A DNA stretch of 64,000 bases from Syntrophales bacterium (GTDB lineage: Bacteria > Desulfobacterota > Syntrophia > Syntrophales > UBA2210), in contig CAXXKT010000001.1 in the NCBI GenBank assembly GCA_963662405.2, positions 1,888,001 to 1,952,000 on the forward strand, written 5' to 3'. How positions within the stretch are numbered: position 1 is the first letter of the stretch; each line of letters starts with the position of its first letter. The position numbers and the translations under genes were made by a program. Below, in pieces: positions 10,780 through 21,505 of the stretch. The notes under the pieces were generated by a model. The model saw only the letters and a program-made list of their open reading frames with translations, was not told where the DNA came from and did no database searches.

Positions 10780-12066
10780 ATGAAAATATTGTTCAATCAA
10801 GAGAGACGTATATCACTATTGATGTCTCTGATTTGTATCCTGCTCATCGCATTGATGGGGTCCGGCGCTGCAGGTGCGGCTGATAGTAAAACGTATGAGA
10901 ACTTGAAGTTGTTTAATGAAGTCCTCAATATGGTTGAGAAGAACTATGTTGAAGATGTCGATCCACAGGTGGTCATTCATGGTGCCATCAACGGGATGAT
11001 GAAAGCTCTGGATCCTCACAGTGTTTTTATGACGGCCGAGCAGTACAGTGACCTGCAGGCGGATACCAAAGGGACGTTCAGTGGACTGGGTATCGTCATA
11101 ACCATGCAGGATGATATCCTCACCGTGGTTGCTCCGATTGAGGATAAACCGGCTTTTATCGCCGGTGTGAAGGCGGGAGACAGGATCGTCAAGATAGATG
11201 CTGAATCGACGAAGGGCTTTACCATTATGGATGCGGTCCATAAGCTCAGGGGAGAAAAGGGAACGAAAGTGACCATAACCGTAACCCGTGAGGACGAAGT
11301 CAATCCGATCATCTTCAATATTGTAAGAGATCTGATAGAAATTAAGAGTGTCAAGCATACCACGTATGGTGATATTGGATATATCAGGGTGTCGAGTTTT
11401 CAAGAAACAACCACCGATGAGTTGGGTGCTGCGCTCAATGAGATATCCACGGGGAATCCCCCTCTCAAAGGTATTGTTCTGGATTTACGGAACAATCCCG
11501 GAGGGCTTTTGTCGCAATCGATAACCGTATCGGATGCGTTCCTCAAATCGGGGGTGATCGTATCTTCCAAGGGAAGAACAACGAAAGAAAAGGTGGCGGA
11601 GGCCAGAGATGACGGCAACGAACCGGTCTGCCCCCTCGTTGTTTTGATCAACGGCGGAACCGCCAGCGCGGCTGAGATCGTATCAGGAGCTCTTCACGAT
11701 AATAAACGGGCGATTCTCCTCGGTACTCAGACGTTCGGGAAGGGATCAGTACAGACCATTGTTCCCCTGAAGGATGGTTCGGCCCTCAAGCTGACGATCG
11801 CAAAATACTATACACCGGACGGTGAATCGATCCAAGCTAAAGGTATTATGCCTGATATTGTGGTTCAATATGTATCACCTGTTGCCGAAGATGAGAACAA
11901 ACCCAAACAAATCAGAGAAAAAGATCTGGAAGGACATATAGAGGGGGAGGAAGAGAAAGGACCGGACGAAAAGGCCAAAAAACAAATGGTGGATCTAAAA
12001 AAAGACAACCAGCTCAAAAGTGCGATTGATCTGTTAAAAAGCTGGTATGTCTTTAAAGAGATGTAG
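10780..12066 (+). CDS. ctpA: Carboxyl-terminal processing protease (S41, PDZ)
   Basis: LDPHS, GLGI, LDLRNNPGG, TASAAEI, TFGKGSVQ. Confidence 0.93.
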   Translation: MKILFNQERRISLLMSLICILLIALMGSGAAGAADSKTYENLKLFNEVLNMVEKNYVEDVDPQVVIHGAINGMMKALDPHSVFMTAEQYSDLQADTKGTFSGLGIVITMQDDILTVVAPIEDKPAFIAGVKAGDRIVKIDAESTKGFTIMDAVHKLRGEKGTKVTITVTREDEVNPIIFNIVRDLIEIKSVKHTTYGDIGYIRVSSFQETTTDELGAALNEISTGNPPLKGIVLDLRNNPGGLLSQSITVSDAFLKSGVIVSSKGRTTKEKVAEARDDGNEPVCPLVVLINGGTASAAEIVSGALHDNKRAILLGTQTFGKGSVQTIVPLKDGSALKLTIAKYYTPDGESIQAKGIMPDIVVQYVSPVAEDENKPKQIREKDLEGHIEGEEEKGPDEKAKKQMVDLKKDNQLKSAIDLLKSWYVFKEM

Positions 12067-12090
12067 CCTGTTGAACTGTTCGGTGCTCAG

Positions 12091-13023
12091 ATGCGTGATT
12101 TGCGGGATTTGTATAGTACCCGAGTGAAGGAGACGGTTTCAAAAATAGCGGGTTCGGCTTGTTCAAGGAAAACGTATGTCACCGTCTGGATCTGTGCTAT
12201 CGCCTTGGTCGGAGTTCTGATCGCGGTTGGATATATGGCGTGTCATTGGGGAACGGAAGATAGCGATGAAAAGGAATCGGTTCTGGAAGAAAGGGGGAAA
12301 ATCCCCGGAAACTATCAAAGAGGAAGTCTGAAAGAGGAGGTAAGCTCTCGGACAGGGGAGGGCAACCGGGTCGCCTTTGTTATTGACGATATGGGGTATG
12401 ATATATCGGTTGTCCATAAACTCCTCGCGTTGGGTATCCCCGTGACGATCTCTATACTCCCTCACCTCCCGTATTCAGAAGCAATCGCCCGGGAGGCATA
12501 CAGGGCCGGAAGGGAGGTAATGCTCCATCTTCCGATGGAGCCCCATGGTTACCCGGAAAAAAAGCCGGGGAGCGGAAACCTGCGGTTGGCGATGCAGGGT
12601 GAGGAATTACGGGCCCAACTGGAAAACAATATACGGAGTGTTCCTCATATATCGGGGGTCAATAATCATATGGGGTCGCGTTTCATGGAAGACGCGGAAA
12701 AGGTAGGGATAGTACTCCGGGAGCTTAAAAGGAGGAGGCTTTTTTTCCTCGACAGTCTCACAACACAAGATTCGAAGGGATTGATGGTGGCGAAGAGGAT
12801 TGGCCTGCCGCATGTCGGAAGAGACATATTTCTTGATAATGAGGGTAATTTTGAAGACTCGTTGAACATTCTGCACCATATTATCGAACGAAGAAACCAA
12901 TGGAAGACGATGGTCATTATCGGGCATCCTTATGACAGCACCGTCCGGGCAATCGGCGAGTCGATGGCCGCTTTCAGACGCAGTGATATCCGCATTGTAC
13001 CGTTGTCCGAGCTAATCAACTGA
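12091..13023 (+). CDS. Divergent polysaccharide deacetylase (YibQ-like)
   Basis: VIDDMG, MLHLPMEP, GVNNHMGS, RDIFLD, IGHP. Confidence 0.9.
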   Translation: MRDLRDLYSTRVKETVSKIAGSACSRKTYVTVWICAIALVGVLIAVGYMACHWGTEDSDEKESVLEERGKIPGNYQRGSLKEEVSSRTGEGNRVAFVIDDMGYDISVVHKLLALGIPVTISILPHLPYSEAIAREAYRAGREVMLHLPMEPHGYPEKKPGSGNLRLAMQGEELRAQLENNIRSVPHISGVNNHMGSRFMEDAEKVGIVLRELKRRRLFFLDSLTTQDSKGLMVAKRIGLPHVGRDIFLDNEGNFEDSLNILHHIIERRNQWKTMVIIGHPYDSTVRAIGESMAAFRRSDIRIVPLSELIN

Positions 13024-13183
13024 AAGGACAACAGCAGGATTGTTCCCAACGCCCTTTCGGATCGGGGCGCGGGTGGTTTTAGCGGAATATGAATCACTTC
13101 GGTATATACGCAGAGAGCGTGTGAGGAAAAAGAGGACCTGATCTGTGTGGCCGTATACGAGGCAGGGCACGAAAGGCATTTGC

Positions 13184-14884
13184 ATGGCGAAAAACATACA
13201 TATATCGGTGACGCTGTCCCTTCTCGTTTGCTTCGTAGCGTGTGTATCGGCGGTACCCGGCGAGGATCCCATGATGGTAAGCGGTTCATCATCCGAGGGA
13301 TATTATCACTACTCCCGAGGTGTGCTGTTCATGGCTGACGGTGAGATGGACAAGGCTATTGAGGCGTATGAGCGTGCCCTGGGATTTGATCCTGAATCGT
13401 CCTACCTTATGACTGAACTGGCCGAACTCCATATAAAAAGAGAGGAGATCGACCGGGCAGTTTCACTTTTGGAACAAGCGGTTGCTCTTTCTCCTGAACA
13501 GGTTGACCCCCATATCCTGCTTGGCAGTCTGTACAGCAATGTGAAAAGATACGAAGATGCGGTCCGGGAATATGAAACGGTAGTCGGCATCGACCCCGGG
13601 AGACGAGAGGCCTACCTCTTTCTCAACCTTCTCTACCGCGAGAAGCGGGAATACGAAAAAGCCGTGAGCATCTTGGATGATCTCCTGGTCATTGATCCAT
13701 CAAATCTGATGGGCGGTTATTACCTCGCCAAGACGTATGCCGTGATGGAGCAGTATGACAAGTGCGAACTGTGGCTTCGAAAGACTTTGGATATCAAGCC
13801 GAGTTTCAGGCCTGCGCTGGTTGATCTGGGGATGTTGTACCGGTCGCAGGCCCACAGTGAGAAGGCGGTAGCGATATATGAGGATTTTCTTCGAACCAAT
13901 CCAGCCGATGTCCAGGTCCGATTTGAGTTAGCAAATACCCTCATGAAATCGAAGATATACGATGCTGCTTCCCAAGAGTTCGAAACCATATTGCGCTGGG
14001 AAAGCTCGCTGACAGAGGCGAGATTTTCGCTGGGACTGGCCTATTTCCTCGGTGGTGAGAAATTAGATGAAGCCATTGCGGCATTTCTTGAGGTCCTTCA
14101 GGCGGAACCGGATAATGACAAGGCAATATACTTTCTCGCATCTGCGTACGAAAAAAAAGGACAGTTTGCGGATGCGTTCAAAGAGCTCGAATCGATATCT
14201 GAAGGGTCGGGCCTCTATGTGGCGTCCCGTGTCAAAATGGGTTTTATCCTGCAGACTGACGGCCGGATTCAAGAGGCGATCGCACTGATCGGGAAAGAGA
14301 TCAAAAAAACGGACACAGACCCCGAGTTCTACCGATTTCTGGCTGCTTTGTACGAAGAGGAGGAGATGTTTGAAGATGCGGAGCATATTTTAACGGAGGG
14401 GCTGGTCTTTTCCCCGAAGAACGTGGATTTTTACTACCGACTGGGTGTCGTATATGGGAAGCAAAACAAGCATGAACAGAGTATCGCGGCCATGGAAGCG
14501 CTGCTCGAGATTGACCCGGATAATGCGGATGCGCTCAATTACATCGGATATAGTTATGCGGAGAGAGGCGTGAAGCTTGATGAGGCTGAATCTCTCATAA
14601 GGAAGGCCCTCCTCCTGAAGCCGAATAACGGTTATATTATGGACAGTCTCGGGTGGGTTTTCTTTCAGCAGAACAGGTTGAAAGAGGCGATCGACTATTT
14701 GAAAAAGGCTGTGAAGCTTCTCCCTCAAGATCCAACCATTGCCGGTCATCTCGGCGATGCCTACAAAAAGACCGGTCAGGTCGAAGAAGCGTTGGATGTG
14801 TATAAAGAAGCGCTGCATCGTAACCCAGGAAACAGTGATCTCAAGGAAAAGATTCGGCGGGGTATTGAGACATCCGGTGAGTAA
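13184..14884 (+). CDS. TPR repeat (lipo)protein
   Basis: Hydrophobic leader with Cys; many TPRs; ALNYIGYSYA, DSLGWV, HLGDAY. Confidence 0.85.
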   Translation: MAKNIHISVTLSLLVCFVACVSAVPGEDPMMVSGSSSEGYYHYSRGVLFMADGEMDKAIEAYERALGFDPESSYLMTELAELHIKREEIDRAVSLLEQAVALSPEQVDPHILLGSLYSNVKRYEDAVREYETVVGIDPGRREAYLFLNLLYREKREYEKAVSILDDLLVIDPSNLMGGYYLAKTYAVMEQYDKCELWLRKTLDIKPSFRPALVDLGMLYRSQAHSEKAVAIYEDFLRTNPADVQVRFELANTLMKSKIYDAASQEFETILRWESSLTEARFSLGLAYFLGGEKLDEAIAAFLEVLQAEPDNDKAIYFLASAYEKKGQFADAFKELESISEGSGLYVASRVKMGFILQTDGRIQEAIALIGKEIKKTDTDPEFYRFLAALYEEEEMFEDAEHILTEGLVFSPKNVDFYYRLGVVYGKQNKHEQSIAAMEALLEIDPDNADALNYIGYSYAERGVKLDEAESLIRKALLLKPNNGYIMDSLGWVFFQQNRLKEAIDYLKKAVKLLPQDPTIAGHLGDAYKKTGQVEEALDVYKEALHRNPGNSDLKEKIRRGIETSGE

Positions 14885-15671
14885 ACATACTAGTATCGTA
14901 ACGTGTTTTCTTCTGGTCTGGATCCTTTCGGGGTGTGGTGCCGGGAAGGGCAGAGAGACGGTCTCACTGCTTCCACTACCGATATCTGGGCAGGATGTGG
15001 TCATGAAGCTCGCCGCCATGCGGGACAGTGTTGGTATGATACGGGCCACGGCCCGTATCACTGTTACCGCTCCCGGTATGACATACTCGCGGAAAATGGC
15101 GCTTTTGCTCCAGATGCCATCCAACCTTCGTCTCGAGGCGATCCCGATTTTCGGGCCGGTTGACTTTTTCCTTTCCGCTAACGAACAATCGCTCAAGATG
15201 TTTTTCCCCGGCCAAGGGGAATTTTATGTAGGCGCACCGACGCCCGAAAACTTCTCGTTGTTTTTTAAGGTATCTATTCCCCCTTCCGATGTGGTTCCTC
15301 TTTTTATAGGAGTTCCGCCGGAGGTGATAGGAGGACAGCATTCGGGACACGGGGAAGGAAGTGTTTACCGTATCGATAGTAAATATGCGAATAAGAAGAG
15401 GTCTCTGTGGATAGATCGTGAAAATCAGACCGTGATGAAGTTGGAAGAGAAGAAGGATGATAGGATTCTGTGGAGGGTGCTATTCATGGATTACACCGTT
15501 GTGGGAAAGGTATCTCTTCCGAATCTGATCCAGATTGAAGGAGAAGAACCAGAGAGAGTGGAAATCGAAATTCAATATTTGCAGAGGGATATGATACCGT
15601 CGACGAGTGACACGGCACCGTTCAATCTTCCGATTCCCCCCGGCATCATACCGACACCGTTGGAGCACTAA
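14877..15671 (+). CDS. LolB-like/DUF4292-type outer-membrane lipoprotein
   Basis: GTG start overlapping the TPR stop; lipobox LSGC; beta-rich; typical position after this TPR gene. Confidence 0.55.
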   Translation: MSKHTSIVTCFLLVWILSGCGAGKGRETVSLLPLPISGQDVVMKLAAMRDSVGMIRATARITVTAPGMTYSRKMALLLQMPSNLRLEAIPIFGPVDFFLSANEQSLKMFFPGQGEFYVGAPTPENFSLFFKVSIPPSDVVPLFIGVPPEVIGGQHSGHGEGSVYRIDSKYANKKRSLWIDRENQTVMKLEEKKDDRILWRVLFMDYTVVGKVSLPNLIQIEGEEPERVEIEIQYLQRDMIPSTSDTAPFNLPIPPGIIPTPLEH

Positions 15672-15745
15672 TTCGGGCATCCGAATCTTTTCAGAAGATG
15701 TGGATCAGCGGAATATTTATTCCACCGATCCACCGTGATACAATT

Positions 15746-16573
15746 CTACTTGAGACCGATCAGCCTTTTCCTGGCTATGCCTGCGGGTGTCGTGTTGGGA
15801 TAATCTTTAATAACCCCCTGGAGCAACAACTTGGCGCTGGAGGTATCCCCCAGTTTCAGGAAGGAAAGAGCCTGTTTCAGCAGTGCATTGGGAACCTTGT
15901 TTCCTTTTGGATAGTTTTGGATCACCGCTTCATATTCTATGATTGCCTCTTCGTATTTTCCCTGAAAATAGTTGCATTCTCCAATCCAAAACTGGGCATT
16001 ATCGGAATATTCTGAATTGGGAAAGGCCTTCAGAAAAGCCCGAAACTTATCCCTTGCGGCGCCGTATTGCCCATCTTTAAACATGCCGTAGGCACTGGCA
16101 TATGCCTCTTCTTTGCTTGCGGACTCACCTTTTTCGGGTGAGCCCACCTGTTCCTTGTGAGACTCTCCACCTTCGGCAGATTCCTTCACCCCCAGAGAGT
16201 TCTCAAGATACGCCAACCGATCGGATAGATCACTCAGCGTGCTTGATACATCATTCAAACTGCTGGATAGATCTCTCAGCCTGATCTGCGGTTCCTGTTC
16301 CTTTGATTCAAGGACGGACACCTTGACCTCCAGCTGTTCCGTGGTGCCTCGCAGTTTCTGCAGGTTGTCCCTTAAATCGACCAGATCGGCACCGACATCC
16401 GCTTGAATCTTCCCACCGACGCGTATCGATTCGCTGTTTTCTTCGATGCGTTGCTCAAGGGACGATACCTTTGACCCGAGATTCACCTCAAACCGCTGAA
16501 GCTCTTCCTTCGTCACGCCGCACCCCATACAGGTAAATGCGACGAGCGAGAAAAGAACCGCAAAATATTTCAA
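15746..16573 (-). CDS. cpoB: Tol-pal system protein CpoB/YbgF
   Basis: Lipobox, coiled coil, NAQFWIGE, YPKGNKVPNALLK; directly after pal. Confidence 0.9.
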   Translation of the reverse strand: MKYFAVLFSLVAFTCMGCGVTKEELQRFEVNLGSKVSSLEQRIEENSESIRVGGKIQADVGADLVDLRDNLQKLRGTTEQLEVKVSVLESKEQEPQIRLRDLSSSLNDVSSTLSDLSDRLAYLENSLGVKESAEGGESHKEQVGSPEKGESASKEEAYASAYGMFKDGQYGAARDKFRAFLKAFPNSEYSDNAQFWIGECNYFQGKYEEAIIEYEAVIQNYPKGNKVPNALLKQALSFLKLGDTSSAKLLLQGVIKDYPNTTPAGIARKRLIGLK

Positions 16574-16594
16574 GAGAAAAACTCCATGCCGTTA

Positions 16595-17200
16595 TTATTT
16601 CTGAGGCGTTGGGACGAAGTGATCTCTCCTGTTTTTCGTCCATGCCCCTTCGTTGTTCGCGGGGTCCAGCGGTCGTTCCTCACCATAACTGATGGTCGTG
16701 ATTCTCTCCTCGGCAATGCCCAAGCTGGTGAGGTACGCCTTCGCAGCCCCGGCGCGCCTCTCCCCCAAGGCCAAGTTATATTCGCTGGTGCCCCTGTTGT
16801 CGCAATGGCCTTCGATGGTTACCACCCAACCATCTTGATTTAACAGCCAATCTGCCATTTCTCTCAAGGTATCCCTGGCACCGGAATCGAGGTCATAGCG
16901 GTCAAATGCAAAGTGGATATCTTTACAGACTGCGGTGGCTTCGGCCATCAGCTTTTCCTGGGCTGCTTTTTTAGCCGCGGCAGCCTTCCTCATGGCGACG
17001 AATTCGGCCTTTGACTTGGCTGTCTCCTCTGCCAGGATGTCATTCATCGTGGCACCGCTTTTGATACCGGTTGCCGCACTCTTGGCCGTGGCCGACTCAG
17101 TCTTGACTGCCTGGTCCGTTGTTGTACACCCTGCGATGAAAAGCAATGAAAGTACGCACACGAACACCAGCCATCCACTAACAGACAAACTATTCCTCAT
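16595..17200 (-). CDS. pal: Peptidoglycan-associated lipoprotein
   Basis: IHFAFDRY, IEGHCDNRGTSEYNLALGERRA, SYGEERP, NRR. Confidence 0.95.
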   Translation of the reverse strand: MRNSLSVSGWLVFVCVLSLLFIAGCTTTDQAVKTESATAKSAATGIKSGATMNDILAEETAKSKAEFVAMRKAAAAKKAAQEKLMAEATAVCKDIHFAFDRYDLDSGARDTLREMADWLLNQDGWVVTIEGHCDNRGTSEYNLALGERRAGAAKAYLTSLGIAEERITTISYGEERPLDPANNEGAWTKNRRDHFVPTPQK

Positions 17201-17212
17201 TTGATCACTCCT

Positions 17213-17593
17213 TTACTTAGTGGCTTTCGCCTTTGCTGCTTTCTCCGCGGCTGCCTTTTTGGCGGCGGCAGCCTTCTGCATGGCGGCAAATTCGGCCTTC
17301 GACTTGGCGGTCTCCTCTGCCAGAATGTCGTCCATTGATGCACTCCCTGCGATCTTTGGCTCTTCCGCCTTCTCCTTCGCCGCTTTTGCTTCTGCTGCCT
17401 TTTTGGCGGCGGCAGCCTTCTGCATAGCCGCGAATTCAGCCTTGGACTTGGCGGTTTCCTCTGCGAGGATGTCATTCATCGACGCACTTCCCGCGATTTT
17501 ACCTTGTTTGCTTGCACATCCCGTTGTGAAGAAAATTAATGAAAGACAACAGACAAACACCAGAAAAACGACAATACTCGAATGCTTTTCCAT
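17213..17593 (-). CDS. Ala/Lys-rich lipoprotein with two copies of a repeat shared with Pal N-terminus
   Basis: GGAGGAGG RBS, lipobox TTGC, 2x MxDILAEETAKSKAEFAAMQKAAAAKKAA. Confidence 0.75.
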   Translation of the reverse strand: MEKHSSIVVFLVFVCCLSLIFFTTGCASKQGKIAGSASMNDILAEETAKSKAEFAAMQKAAAAKKAAEAKAAKEKAEEPKIAGSASMDDILAEETAKSKAEFAAMQKAAAAKKAAAEKAAKAKATK

Positions 17594-17748
17594 AGTTCCT
17601 CCTCCAAAAAGTTTAGTGTCTATCCGCTCAGGAACTCTTGGCTGTGGGCGTGTAAACACCCGGACATCGAGAATTCACCCCCCAAGAGTATCCCTGATGA
17701 ATACCATCAACCAATGCATACTCCTTAAAACACAAAACAGTTGTAAAT

Positions 17749-19092
17749 TCAATATAAATTTAAATGACCCGACCACGAGGGACTCTTGCATGCGCTCATG
17801 CCGGGTATGCAGGGTAATACTCTCAAATTTAGACCGTTAGCGTTTATCAGACACACCCGTTCTCCCCCGTTTTTCATCGAAGAGAAGGCTAGATATCGTC
17901 CATCTGGTGACCAGGAAGGTGATTCACCCCCCCCCGCCTCAAAGGTCAGTTGTATGAGATCTGTTCCGTCTTCTCCAATGGAAAATATCTGAAAATGACC
18001 GTTTGTCGATCCTGCGTACGCTATTCTGGTGCCATCAGGCGACCAGCAGGGGGACGAGTTATATGATCCATGAAAGGTTACCCTCCGTACCGCGCCGCCC
18101 TCGGTGTTCATAACGAATATCTGAGGGGAGCCGGAGCGGTTCGAGACAAAGGCAATCTTCTTTCCGTCGGTCGACCATGTTGGAGACACATCTATGGCGC
18201 GATCACGTGTGAGGCGTTGTAGCCTCCCGCTTTCGAGATGTTTTATATAGATATCTTCATTCCCGTCTTTACTGAGTGAAAGAAGGATTTTTGTGCCGTC
18301 TTGGGACCAGGATGCAGGGAGATTCAGCCCCCTGAAGGAAGAAATCTTTTGTATCTTTCCGCCCATGATATCTTTGATATAGCAGTCGGGATTTTGGTTT
18401 TTGTATGAAGTAAAGGCGATCCTTGACCCGTCCGGCGACCACCGCGGGCAGAGGGTGAGTGAGTGATAGTACGTCACTCTATCAGGGGAGGAACCGTCAA
18501 AGTTGATCGTATATATCTCCGAATTATGACCTTTTTTTCCGACGAAGGCTATTTTCGTATCAAAGACACCTCGCTTTCCGGTTAGCGCGAGGAGGATCTC
18601 GTCTGCAAACTTAAGGATCATGACCTCTTTTTCTTCCGGTTTTCCCCAGTATTTCTTCCCGGTAATGAATCTCCCCTCGATGGTATCAAACAGGCGAAGT
18701 TCCACGGCCAGAATCCCGTTATCGAAACTGATCCCCCCCTTTACCAGGAAATCAGAGCCGATACTCGACCAACTGGAAAAATCTATCTCTCCGATGGTTA
18801 TGCCGGCACGGTTCTGATCTTCGAGGAAGGCGTCTCGATTGATTATCCTGAAAAAACCGGTGATCTCAAGCTTGCGGGAGAGTTGATCCGCAAGCCATGA
18901 GGACAGATTCCCCGGCGGCTCGGTGGATCCCAGGTTTTTAAACTCCGGTATTGCCAGTGGGAATTGCTGAAATGTTGGGGAATTAATATCTATATACACC
19001 TTGCCGTAGGCCGCTGGATTACACCAGATCATTCCCAAGAAGATAAAAAGAAAACTTACTATCGTACGCATCATCTCTCCTGCAAAATTCAC
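17749..19092 (-). CDS. tolB: TolB beta-propeller protein
   Basis: Repeated PxWSPDG motifs; tol-pal context; start may be ATG at 19074. Confidence 0.93.
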   Translation of the reverse strand: MNFAGEMMRTIVSFLFIFLGMIWCNPAAYGKVYIDINSPTFQQFPLAIPEFKNLGSTEPPGNLSSWLADQLSRKLEITGFFRIINRDAFLEDQNRAGITIGEIDFSSWSSIGSDFLVKGGISFDNGILAVELRLFDTIEGRFITGKKYWGKPEEKEVMILKFADEILLALTGKRGVFDTKIAFVGKKGHNSEIYTINFDGSSPDRVTYYHSLTLCPRWSPDGSRIAFTSYKNQNPDCYIKDIMGGKIQKISSFRGLNLPASWSQDGTKILLSLSKDGNEDIYIKHLESGRLQRLTRDRAIDVSPTWSTDGKKIAFVSNRSGSPQIFVMNTEGGAVRRVTFHGSYNSSPCWSPDGTRIAYAGSTNGHFQIFSIGEDGTDLIQLTFEAGGGESPSWSPDGRYLAFSSMKNGGERVCLINANGLNLRVLPCIPGMSACKSPSWSGHLNLY

Positions 19093-19331
19093 CTGAATCG
19101 GCCAAGGTCCGATATCCCGCGCGTGTCGTCACCCCGTTCGCTATCCGGGGATAAAGAAGAACATGCAGAATCGCACCTGGCAGAGAAAAATAACTTGTTC
19201 CCACTCCGTCTTGCGGGTGTGACACTGTCTGGAACAATGCCCCGCGTGTCTTTCTCCCACGTACAATATCAGAACAGCGGCACGACGAAACGTCTGTGAG
19301 TGGGACCAGCGCTATTCGATTTTTGTTATTC

Positions 19332-20102
19332 CTAAAACTCTGATGAGCGAAACCGTATCCCCAGATCTATATATTTTTTGTTCAACCATTCAGGAAAAGG
19401 GGGAAATTTTCCCACTTTCTTGATCGCCTTCAGAGCGGATTCATCAAAATATCTGTTCCCGGATCGTCGTTCAAAGCTCAGATGTTCGACCGTTCCGTCT
19501 TGCAGGATTGTGGCCTCTATGATCGTCTCAAGGATAGTATTATTCAAGATGCCTTCGGGCAGGGCCCATTGCTCCTTTATCGCGGACCAGACAACCGAAT
19601 AATAGACCTTCATTTGCAGATTCAGCTCCGGGTGATCGGCGGATGTGACCGGCTGGGGATCCTTTGCGGTGGCGGCACCGGAACCCGAGGCAGGAGGAAC
19701 AATCGGTTCTGTGACGGGAGTGGCGGCAACCTTTTTCTTGATGCTCTCTATCGCTGCGCCGACGGCCGCGGTCTCTTTTCTCAGGGGTTGTGACTTTCTG
19801 ACGGGGATGTGCAGATCTGTGCCGACCTCTTTTTTCATAACCATTGAATCGCGCTTGCGTTGCATACCGACCACTTCCCTTGAGATCTCTTTCGAGGATC
19901 TTACCTCGACGGAACGCGAGGGAAGGCTCACCAGATCCACCGTATAGGTCGGACCGAAGGTCCACCGAGGCTCCGGGAGAGACGGGGAAAAGAATATGAT
20001 CGAAAGGATGAGGGCATGAAGAAGAAACGACAACACGACCATGTTGTGAAGGCCAACACCATCTTCATGGTTTTTCTCCAGCGTCTCCGCTAAAAAAGTC
20101 AT
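19332..20102 (-). CDS. tolA: TolA/TonB-like energy transducer
   Basis: N-terminal TM with SFLLH; C-terminal RSGNRYFDESALKAI...PPFP. Confidence 0.8.
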   Translation of the reverse strand: MTFLAETLEKNHEDGVGLHNMVVLSFLLHALILSIIFFSPSLPEPRWTFGPTYTVDLVSLPSRSVEVRSSKEISREVVGMQRKRDSMVMKKEVGTDLHIPVRKSQPLRKETAAVGAAIESIKKKVAATPVTEPIVPPASGSGAATAKDPQPVTSADHPELNLQMKVYYSVVWSAIKEQWALPEGILNNTILETIIEATILQDGTVEHLSFERRSGNRYFDESALKAIKKVGKFPPFPEWLNKKYIDLGIRFRSSEF

Positions 20103-20104
20103 GC

Positions 20105-20524
20105 CTATTCCTTCGGAGATTCTGTAATCATCCCCAGTTTATCTACACCGGCCTTGCGAACCTCCGACATGACGCGAACCACGAATCCGTACGGGATTTT
20201 CTTATCGGCACGCATATATATCTCTCTGTCGATTCGCGACGCGAAGATCCCTTCCAGCTTGGTCTTCAGATCCGCCATAGACGTGCGGTATTTGTTGATG
20301 AAGATCTCTTCCTGGCTGTTAATCGTCAGTATGAGCTTTTCCTCACCCACATCCACCGCTTTGGCTTTGACGCGGGGGAGATTGACATCGATACCCATCT
20401 GCAACAAAGGAGCGGTAACCATAAAGACTATCAGGAGGACCAGTATCACGTCGACAAGGGGCGTAACGTTGATGTCCGATATGGGCCGTGTTGTGGCGTT
20501 TCTTCGATTCCGTGAATATCTCAT
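20105..20524 (-). CDS. tolR: TolR
   Basis: INVTPLVDVILVLLIVFMVTAP, RADKKIPYG. Confidence 0.93.
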   Translation of the reverse strand: MRYSRNRRNATTRPISDINVTPLVDVILVLLIVFMVTAPLLQMGIDVNLPRVKAKAVDVGEEKLILTINSQEEIFINKYRTSMADLKTKLEGIFASRIDREIYMRADKKIPYGFVVRVMSEVRKAGVDKLGMITESPKE

Positions 20525-21372
20525 CTGCGGATACTTTTTGTGTAATATCTCTCTACGATGTTGAGAAATTCGGAAGAAAAACTATCTGACTCCACCGTCA
20601 TAATACGTATCTTGTTGGTGAAATAGTTATAAAAAATAACGGCAGGTATCGCAGCTGCAAGCCCTGCGGCTGTGGCGATTAACGCCTCCGATATCCCCGG
20701 GGCGACGACCGCCAGTGTAGCAGAGCCCTTGACCCCGATTCCTTTGAAAGCATTCATAATGCCCCACACAGTCCCGAATAGACCGATGAAGGGGCATGCA
20801 CTTCCCGTCGTCGCAAGGAACCCCAATGAGCTTTCCAACTTTGTCGTCTCTGCATCGCATGCCCTGTTCAGCGCCCGTTCGATGTTGTCCAGGCCTTTCA
20901 TCTCGAGTGACCACGAGGATTCAGGGTCCGCGTCCGGAACGGTCTCCTTCTTGATCCCGACGATCTTGACGAGTTCCGTATAGCCTGCCCTGAAAACCGC
21001 CGCGATCTGAGAATATTTAAATTTTTTCGATTCGGGGAAAACATCGGACAACTTGTTGATTTTCATATATCGATCAAGAAACATTTCATTTTGTTTTTTG
21101 GACCTTTTAATCAGCCGGTACTTGGTTAGGATGATAGCCCACGAAACAACGGAAAAAAAGAGGAGCAACGAGAGCACAAATTGAACCATTAAACCTGAGT
21201 CCAGAATCATCTCGAGGACGTTCCCATGGAAGTGTCTTCCAATATCTGCTGATGTTACTGCCAAGGCTTCATTCACGTGTATCTTCTCCTGGATATGATG
21301 CATTTTTCTGGAGAATCCGATGTCCAGGCTCTCCACCAACTGATGTAGGGGACTTTTGTAGTTGAAATTCAA
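20521..21372 (-). CDS. tolQ: TolQ (true start probably downstream of ORF start)
   Basis: FLATTGSACPFIGLFGTVWGIM, APGISEALIATAAGL. Confidence 0.93.
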   Translation of the reverse strand: MNFNYKSPLHQLVESLDIGFSRKMHHIQEKIHVNEALAVTSADIGRHFHGNVLEMILDSGLMVQFVLSLLLFFSVVSWAIILTKYRLIKRSKKQNEMFLDRYMKINKLSDVFPESKKFKYSQIAAVFRAGYTELVKIVGIKKETVPDADPESSWSLEMKGLDNIERALNRACDAETTKLESSLGFLATTGSACPFIGLFGTVWGIMNAFKGIGVKGSATLAVVAPGISEALIATAAGLAAAIPAVIFYNYFTNKIRIMTVESDSFSSEFLNIVERYYTKSIRR

Positions 21373-21505
21373 CCTATTGTCAATACATCTTTTTTAACCG
21401 TCACATGGCGACGGTTTTCCCCGAATATGATAGAAATGCGAGTGTCTTATCCTCGGTTTTTATTGTGTACCCCGGTGAAAAACAGATCTATTGTGACGAT
21501 CACGT

